In this document: in pieces, positions 1 through 5,970 of the stretch
How the letters are laid out: each line of letters opens with the position of its first letter
Position numbering within the stretch: position 1 is the first letter of the stretch
Assembly: GCF_006345805.1 (NCBI RefSeq)
Contig: NW_021829682.1
Coordinates: 1 to 5,970, forward strand
Source: Octopus sinensis
Taxonomy: Eukaryota
Reading direction: 5' to 3'
Length of the DNA: 5,970 bases
The notes under the pieces: generated by a model
The model's database searches: none
What the model was told of the DNA's origin: nothing
The model's input: only the letters and a program-made list of their open reading frames with translations
Position numbers and translations under genes: made by a program

Positions 1-82
1 AGTAACTTTTCTCTCTTGCTCTTTCTTGTGTGGCTGGCACAAAGCTCAGGTAATCGTGCCTCTGTCTTCGCGGACGTGCCGC

Positions 83-96
83 TATTATTATTATTA
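83..96. repeat. Short (TAT)n microsatellite
   Basis: TATTATTATTATTA read directly. Confidence 0.7.
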
Positions 97-310
97 CAAT
101 ACAAAGCTTACTCTCTACTGTAGTGTTCCTTTGTCCAACCATTTACTAGTCATTTTGAGAACAACATTAGAATCCCCTTCACGTCTGAAGAAGATAGAAT
201 GAACAAATAATCTATCACCTACGTATCCAGTTTTATTGCATTTTCTAGATTTCTCTTTATTTTGTTTATAACACCGACATTGATTCACTGTCTAAGTTTT
301 TCCCTGATAA

Positions 311-340
311 AAATAATTTCTATCCCGGATAGAATTATTT
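311..340. repeat. Near-perfect inverted repeat (hairpin)
   Basis: AAATAATTTCTATCC (311-325), C, GGATAGAATTATTT (327-340); 14 bp pair with one extra T in the left arm. Confidence 0.8.
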
Positions 341-440
341 GACAAGGAATCTGCTGCAATTTTCGTGAGGCATCTGGACCCAGAACTGTTTTCACTATTT
401 CCAATGCACACGGTTAAAGAAGAGTCTCGGCAATAGTATG
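326..440 (-). pseudogene. Fragment of a second, distinct Buster-family hAT transposase (ZBED8/ZBED5/SCAND3-like lineage)
   Basis: Minus-strand translation from 440: [31 protein letters not shown](-1)LSNNSIR. This matches the recalled Buster motif PHTIxExLxKPCAxxxxxxxLG....KLxxxPLSNN. One nonsense codon (414-416) and a 1-bp shift at ~344. Confidence 0.8.
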
Positions 441-1144
441 TTATTATTCTTTAAATGAACAAAATGATGACAAAAAATTATGGTATTTTCGGAGGTTACT
501 TTTTTTGTGTACGTAAAATTTTTGTTTAAATCTCAAAAAATTATTCATCTTTAAAGTAAATAAATCTGATTAACAATAAAAACGACAAAATGTGAAGCTT
601 GCCTTTGCCTTTGTATAGCAAGCCCGGAATTGAGCCAAATCTTTCCTATATTTATAATTATGATATGATAAGCTGCAGCACTAAACCATACAGCCACACA
701 CTATTGACTATTTTTGAGAATAAATTATTTGTTAATTCATATCTGCACTAAATTACGGCTGCATGTTCATTTTTCAACATAAATATGAGAAAAAAAGAGT
801 TTAATTTAAATTAATTGCCGAGCGGAAGAAAAGACAATTTTCACGTAAGAAGCGAGCGATATCCGTTAAAAAAGCCAGCTCGTTTCGCGACTACCATGAC
901 TTCTCGAGATAATTAAACCAATCTTCGACTGTGAAGGTTATACCAACCATCAGAATGCAAAACCTCAGAATATAATAAACATATGATTATTATTCCATAT
1001 TTTTGCAAATACGGTGAGCTTATTTTGGTGTTTTTATGATTTTCTCAAAGTCACTAAAACTATTCAAAATGCACTTTAGAGAAATTATGGTATGTTTATA
1101 TGTAAACATATTTTAAATAAACCACATTTTTGAAAGTTTCCATT

Positions 1145-1152
1145 CTCTAGAG
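1145..1152. repeat. Left copy of 8-bp target site duplication (CTCTAGAG)
   Basis: Directly abuts the left TIR and matches 3319-3326 at 7/8. An 8-bp TSD with central TA fits hAT Buster/Charlie target preference (nTCTAGAn). Confidence 0.9.
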
Positions 1153-1168
1153 CAGACGTCACCAAACT
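1153..1168 (+). repeat. Left terminal inverted repeat of the hAT element
   Basis: CAGACGTCACCAAACT; pairs with 3303-3318 except at positions 4-5. Confidence 0.93.
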
Positions 1169-1169
1169 A

Positions 1170-1218
1170 CGGCCCGCGGGCCGGATCCGGCCCGCGACAA
1201 CATTTTATCCGGCCCGCG
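1170..1218. repeat. Left subterminal CGGCCCGCG repeats (probable transposase-binding sites)
   Basis: CGGCCCGCG at 1170-1178, 1188-1196 and 1210-1218, plus an inverted copy at 1175-1183. The binding role is inferred from hAT biology. Confidence 0.8.
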
Positions 1219-1353
1219 CACTATTTCGAGATATTCAATTAATACCTTAATAATTAACTTAAATAAAAACTTTAATTAAAAATTAAACTATTTTGCAAGA
1301 TTTAATTCGAAAAAAAACTTATCAGCATTAACGTTAAATTTTTCTTTGTTGCT

Positions 1354-3159
1354 ATGTCTAATATGAAAAGAAAGGTTGACCGCGAATGCCGTGTATTCAA
1401 TAAATTATGGGAATTGAAGTATTTTTTTGCGAAAGATGAATTAAAGCAGAAAGCTTATTGTTTAATATGCCACGAACATCTCTCTGTTATGAAGGAGTAT
1501 AACATTCGACGTCATTATGAAACAATCATGCTCCGATATATTCCAAGTACACTGGAAAGCTACGTGAGGATAAAGTTGAATCACTGAAACGCACTTTACA
1601 AATTCAACAAGGCCTTATAAAAAAAAATTTTGAAAATAATGAAAATGTAACAAGAGCTGGATACGAGATAACGAAAATTATTTCACAACACGGGAAACCC
1701 TTTAGTGATGGGATGTATATCAAAAATTGCATTATTGAAGCAGTTAATTGTTTGTGCCCACTAAATTCTTCCTTATTTGATGGAATAAGTTTGTCGGCGA
1801 GTTCTGTATCACGGAGAACTGAAGAGCTTGGAAAAAATATATATTTACAAATTTGTGAAAAGACAAGTAATATGTTGTGGTATTCTCTTGCATTGGATGA
1901 GTCAGTTGACATTTCGGGAACATCGCAACTTCTTATTTTTATTCGTGGAGTTGATGAGAATATTCCATAACTGAAGAACTGGCATCTGTTTGTTCTATTC
2001 ATGGAACAACCACTGGAAAAGATATTTTTGATGAATTGGAACAAACTATAAGTGACTATAACCTTGAATGGGAGAAACTGAGTTGTGTTACGATTGACGG
2101 GGCAAAGAATATGGCTGGTTCTAAAAAGGGTCTAGTTGGGCAAATAACTAATAAATGGAGGAATTACATATTTCAAACACTTTGTTCATTCATTGCATCC
2201 TTCATCAGCACGCACTATGTGCGAAGGCTCTTAATATTTCATGTGTGTTGAATCCAGTTATTCGCATAATAAACTTTGTTCGAGGGAGCTCACTTAATCA
2301 CCGTCAGTTTAAAGTTTTACTTGACGATTTGGATCTGAATATTTTGACTTACCATATTACACTGCAGTTAGATGGCTTAGCTGTGGTAATGTATTAAATA
2401 GATTTTATAAACTCCGAAGTGAGATTGATATTTTTCTAACCAGTAAAAATAACTATTATCCCGAATTATCAGATCTTGCTTGGCTATCAAAATTATCATT
2501 TTTGGTTGATGTTACAACTCACATGAATGAGCTAAATCTGAAATTACAAGGAAAGGAAAACTTAATTTGTGATTTCTACAGGATAATTAAAGCATTTCGA
2601 CAAAAATTGATGTTATTCGAGTCACAACTTGGAGTACGTCAGTTTTCACACTTTTCTTGTTTTAAAAGTTTTTGTGAGGCAAACTGTAATGAGATCGACA
2701 TTACTTTCCAAATTGGAATTATCAAAGAATTAAAACATCATTTTTTACATAAGTTTTCTGAACTTGACAAAATTGAAAGCGATATAATTTTGTTCGAAAA
2801 TCCATTTCTTGTAATGTTGAAAATGTTCAGCATGAATTACAATTAGAAGTTATTGACTTACAATCAAATGAACAGCTCAAAGATTGTCACAGACGGACCA
2901 AACTCGCTGAGTTCTACGAATATCTCAAGGATGATGAGTTTCCGAGACTAAAGAATTTTGCGATAAAGATGATTTCTATATTTGGCACAACTTACCAATG
3001 TGAGCAAACGTTTTCGAGGATGAAATATGTTAAGTCTGCCCATCGTGCAAGATTGACTGACGGACACTTAAAATCAATTCTCATGATAGGATGCAGCAAT
3101 TTAAAACCAATATTGATGAACTTATCAAAAAAAGATCACAGTTCCATAGCTCTCATTAA
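1354..3159 (+). pseudogene. hAT (Buster/Charlie) transposase, ~603 aa when reconstructed; interrupted by six apparent 1-bp deletions (pseudogene or assembly error)
   Basis: Manual frame-joining gives MSNMKRKVDRECRVF; BED finger C1459-x2-C1468...H1513-x4-H1527 (CLIC...RHYETNH); GKPFSDG; LALDES (D at 1896); VTIDGA (D at 2096); HCILH (CxxH 2194-2205); VRWLS (RW 2370-2375); FGTTYQCEQTFS (E at 3002); C-terminus KRSQFHSSH* (TAA 3157-3159). Frame changes near 1524, 1964, 2154, 2334, 2806 and 3109. No in-frame stops in the joined frame. The ORF-track items at 1354, 1713, 2036, 2155, 2502 and 2969 are pieces of it. Confidence 0.93.
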
Positions 3160-3160
3160 A
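3155..3160 (+). promoter_or_regulatory. Possible polyadenylation signal (ATTAAA) overlapping the transposase stop codon
   Basis: ATTAAA spans the reconstructed TAA and is followed by a T-rich tract (3161-3200). The hexamer is common in AT-rich DNA, so support is weak. Confidence 0.3.
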
Positions 3161-3252
3161 ATTTTTGTTTACTTTATTTTTGTTTAAATTAGTTTTTATT
3201 GTAAAAAACACACTTATGAATTTCTAGTAAAATTATAATCCTATGCACGTGC

Positions 3253-3293
3253 TCCGGCCCGCGTTCATTGTGTTGGGGTCAATCCGGCCCGCG
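3253..3293. repeat. Right subterminal TCCGGCCCGCG repeats
   Basis: TCCGGCCCGCG at 3253-3263 and 3283-3293, the same motif as at the left end. Confidence 0.8.
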
Positions 3294-3302
3294 AGTGCAA
3301 AA

Positions 3303-3318
3303 AGTTTGGTGACCCCTG
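3303..3318 (-). repeat. Right terminal inverted repeat of the hAT element
   Basis: Reverse complement reads CAGGGGTCACCAAACT, a Charlie/Buster-style CAGGGGT...AAACT terminus. Confidence 0.93.
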
Positions 3319-3326
3319 CTCTAGTG
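3319..3326. repeat. Right copy of 8-bp target site duplication (CTCTAGTG)
   Basis: Directly abuts the right TIR; one mismatch to the left copy. Confidence 0.9.
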
Positions 3327-3632
3327 TCAGTTATTTGGGCAGTGACATATTTGGAATAAGACAATGGAAAAAAATAAAAAACAAGTCAACATTGTAGAAA
3401 ATAAAAATGCAGAAATGTAATTAAGTTACTAGTTTTAATTTATTTGATTTGACTGGCTGTCGTATTTGTTCAAACGACAGCTTTGAAACTATTGGAAACA
3501 AATTTAAAATAGTGGTCATTGACAATTATAATTAAACAAGTTAATCCGGTACATCTGAAGTTACAGCATCTGCAGTTTTACTGTGACTATTCCTGATATT
3601 TCGAATAGAGCTTTTACTTAATATGTAAATCT

Positions 3633-4563
3633 ATATTATATTATTATAAAGCACTTTCGGAAAAGTCATAAGTTAATTAAGCTTTCCTTGTGCCACCATT
3701 GAAATTCCTCCCGGTCATGCGTCTCCAGGCCGCTCCGGTCAGTTGCGATCGTCCTGAGTGAGTCGAGATCATCGCCATTTTTCAGTTTTTTATTAATTCC
3801 AGCTAGATCTTCATTTAGCGTGGTAGCCAGAGTGACCCTGGGTCTTCCACGGAAGTCTCCTTTGGAATGGGCAAAGTAGTTTTCCATCGCGATATTCGGC
3901 GGAGTGAGGCTGTCAAGTCTTAATTGTGTCCAAAGAGTCGCCATCTGGACTCCAGGATGTCCATAGAGATCGGTCTCGAATTGCATCTTTTGTATAGGGT
4001 GGAATTTGCTATTTTCCTGTGAGAATTGCATGTTTATCACTCTTCTCAGTTGGTTCCGATGAAATCGGTCCAAATTGTCTCATATCGGTCTGTACTGATT
4101 CCCCACGTCGATCCATTGTACATTAGGACTGGGACAACAAATGTGGTTGTATATTTTAAGTTTTGTCTCTGAATTTAGCTCTTTAGGCGCCAGATGTTCA
4201 TAAACTTATTGTATGTGGCAATTGATAGTATTTTTCTGTGCATAATGTCTTCAGGTCCCCTAAGAGAGATCCGACTTTTTTTTGTCTTCTCCAGGGCTCA
4301 TCATGAGTTCGTTCAGATCGAATAAATTTCGTATGTTCAGTTTTATTGTGGTTGAATTGTTTAGAAACCATTTGGAAAAAATATCTGTAATGTTTCGATA
4401 ATAAATCGAAGGGGTTTCAGCATCATCAGATACGAAGTCGACATCATCAGCATATATTATTTCGTTGTTTTAGTGTTGTCCACAAGAGCCGAAAGTCTCT
4501 GAGTGCTGCCTCTAGGTAGACGATAAAGAGAACTGGGACAGCGAATCGCCTTGTGGTATGCCC
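3633..4563 (-). mobile_element. 5'-truncated, multiply frameshifted RTE-like non-LTR retrotransposon (RT C-terminal half and ORF end)
   Basis: Minus strand, joined across frameshifts: GIPQGDSLS(P)VLFIVYLEAALRD (from 4562), YADD (4454-4443), then segments reading approximately KWFL, KTE, KKVGSLLGD, KLKIY, VPVLMYNGSTWG, LDRFHRNQLRRVIN, SRWRLFGH, FRGRPRVTL. Inferred stop at 3673-3675 and a degenerate TAA/ATAAT tail at ~3633-3648. ORF 3666..4073 is a mosaic of correct and shifted frames. The non-LTR RT call is firm; the RTE clade call and 3' boundary are less so. Confidence 0.87.
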
Positions 4564-5263
4564 CTAAAATTAATATTTTAACTTATTTTATTTTGTCAAA
4601 AGTTCTAAAGCTTTAACATCTAATAAAAAATTGTAGGTAAAAAAATTAAAAATTTTTATTAACAGAATAAATTAAATGTAACGACGGAAAAATAAAATTC
4701 CATAATACAAAAATAGACCAAGTCCAACCAAATAAAGAACAAGTCGAATAAACATTCGTAGGTCATCACAATAAGTCCAATATTCGTATGGTCGACAATT
4801 GTCTTTGTGCATTATTTGAACATTAAAAACGTTCTAATTAAATATATGCGTCTTATTACGCTATGATACAAATTTATCGTCATCAATATTTGACAACATA
4901 TAAATTAAATTCCAGAACTGTAAAACTAAATCCAAATTAATAAATTAAAGTGAAAAATATCTTATCATGATGATTTTGGTTCCAGCTTCCTCCTCTTTGC
5001 TTCCGATCCGTCTCCTTCTGCCAGACTCATGGGCCAGAATGCAGCGTTTGTGTCCTCTAAAGGTGGCTGCTTCCTCCACTCAGTCGTTCATTGATTGCAT
5101 GATTCGCCGCCGTAGCTGAGAGTTTGTATTCCCCACGCATGCTCTCTAGAGTCTTTTTAATCACGATCGTCTGGATATAAACACGAGTGATAACATATAA
5201 TAAAAAGAATTGAATAAATCTTAATTATAGTATATTTACTATTCAATTTCCTCCACAAAAAAA

Positions 5264-5293
5264 CTCGAGTATACTCACTGAGTATTACTCAGT
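5264..5293. repeat. Cluster of palindromes built from GAGTA/TACTC
   Basis: CTCGAG (5264-5269), GAGTATACTC (5267-5276), ACTGAGTA-T-TACTCAGT (5277-5293). Confidence 0.75.
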
Positions 5294-5300
5294 CACTAAT

Positions 5301-5970
5301 AACGTTTGCTCCCATGTACTCGAAGACATCCGCCTACGTGCTGACCAATTTCAGTTGGCAAGCATCAATTGTGCCTGTCAACCCCACTCGGGCGATTGGC
5401 TTGACGCTTTGCCGATTTCCTCGGCTGGAATGTTGCTGGACGACGAATCTGTCCGCATCGGAATCTGTTTACGGCTTGGCATAGAGATTTGCCAGCCGCA
5501 CCATTGCAGATGTGGACAACTCATTGACAGGAGAGGTTTACACCCTCTCTCTTGTCGCCTCAGTGGCCGCAGGATCCCCAGGCACGCCTCATTGAATGAC
5601 GTTGTGAAGCGCGCGCTTGACGCCGCTGGATTTCCCTCGATGCTGGAACCGATAGGACTAGACCGTGGAGATGGAAAACGCCCTGACGGGTCGACCTTAT
5701 TCCTGTTCAGGAAGGGAATGGCACTCGTGTGGGATGTTACCTGCGTAGACTCATTTTCTCCATCTCCGCTTCTCGTCCTGGATCTGCATCTGCCCTTGCC
5801 GAATCTAGGAAAACTGAAAATATGCCTCTTTGACCGATTCCTGCTGCTTCATTCCCCTGGCTTTTGAGACCAGTGGGATAATTGGACCCAAAGCCCTCAA
5901 CTCCTCTCAGAGATTGGTTCAAGCATCTCGAGGAGGAGTCACGACAGTCGCGAAACGAGCTGGCTTTTTC
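5301..5970 (+). mobile_element. 5'-truncated CRE-like (restriction-like endonuclease) non-LTR retrotransposon, C-terminal region; runs off the window end
   Basis: PHSGDWLDALP (from 5382), LRLG, zinc knuckle CRCGQLIDRRGLHPLSC (C-x-C-x9-H-x3-C from 5505), RH..LNDVV, EP, GKRPD (PD 5682-5687), LVWDVT. After frameshifts near 5764, 5820 and 5902: AESRKTEKY, FIPLAFETSG, FLSEIG...RETSWLF. This is the RLE architecture (CCHC, RH, E, PD..D, K..KY) typical of CRE-clade elements. The 5' boundary is approximate. Confidence 0.85.

Larger units (their letters stand above)
1153..3318 (+). mobile_element. Full-length hAT-superfamily DNA transposon, Buster/Charlie (SPIN/OposCharlie-like) group
   Basis: Left end CAGACGTCACCAAACT (1153-1168) and right end AGTTTGGTGACCCCTG (3303-3318; reverse complement CAGGGGTCACCAAACT) match 14/16 as inverted repeats. 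Flanked by 8-bp direct repeats CTCTAGAG (1145-1152) and CTCTAGTG (3319-3326). Encloses a hAT transposase reading frame. Confidence 0.96.

Noticed and set aside
169-195. Myb-like peptide RIPFTSEED on the plus strand
   Set aside because: Followed within a few codons by a stop, with no downstream Myb tryptophans; likely chance.
815-916. Short ORF LPSGRKDNFHVRSERYPLKKPARF... resembling a Gypsy pol C-terminal tail
   Set aside because: No integrase core upstream and no polypurine tract or LTR downstream; too short to support.
1170-1218. CRISPR-like repeat array
   Set aside because: Only 9-12 bp motifs with irregular short spacing, inside a transposon end; no cas genes and a eukaryotic context.
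1220-1353. Transposase promoter or TATA box in the 5' region
   Set aside because: So AT-rich that TATA-like words are uninformative; no specific element can be supported.
1604-2044. 146-aa minus-strand ORF
   Set aside because: Lies wholly antisense to the transposase and has no recognisable motif; best explained as a shadow ORF.
1520-3112. Programmed ribosomal frameshifting or tiny introns explaining the broken frame
   Set aside because: Six independent shifts without consistent slippery heptamers or splice signals; sequence is missing rather than extra. Indel error or decay is simpler.
1354-3187. Six separate small genes, or a domesticated GTF2IRD2/EPM2AIP1/ZBED-like host gene
   Set aside because: The fragments join into one transposase, and the TIRs, TSD and subterminal repeats show a mobile element. 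No gene symbol is warranted.
4421-4450. CATCATCAG repeated at 4421-4429 and 4442-4450
   Set aside because: Explained by RT codons (YADD and the following SDD) on the minus strand rather than a separate duplication.
5144-5151. Second CTCTAGAG identical to the hAT left TSD
   Set aside because: No adjacent TIR or duplication; an unoccupied 8-mer is compatible with chance.
5737-5922. 61-aa minus-strand ORF
   Set aside because: Antisense to the CRE-like endonuclease region; no motif.

Overview
AT-rich eukaryotic (probably invertebrate animal) DNA made almost entirely of transposable elements; no host gene, RNA gene or CRISPR array is supportable. The main feature is a full-length 2166-bp Buster/Charlie-type hAT DNA transposon (1153-3318) with 16-bp TIRs, an 8-bp TSD (CTCTAGAG / CTCTAGTG) and GC-rich subterminal repeats. 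Its transposase (1354-3159) is split across several ORF-track fragments, but adding one base at each of six points restores a stop-free ~603-aa BED-finger + DDE protein. At least five of the six breaks, probably all, look like shortened homopolymers. Also present: a short fragment of a second, different Buster transposase (minus, ~326-440) ending in a fold-back hairpin; a 5'-truncated, frameshifted RTE-like LINE (minus, ~3633-4563, with YADD); and the C-terminal zinc knuckle/restriction-like endonuclease part of a CRE-like non-LTR retrotransposon (plus, ~5301 to the window end). I found no clearly new biological system. The best leads are the possibly intact, possibly horizontally transferred hAT and the structured junctions. 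All family assignments come from motif recognition and manual translation, not database searches.
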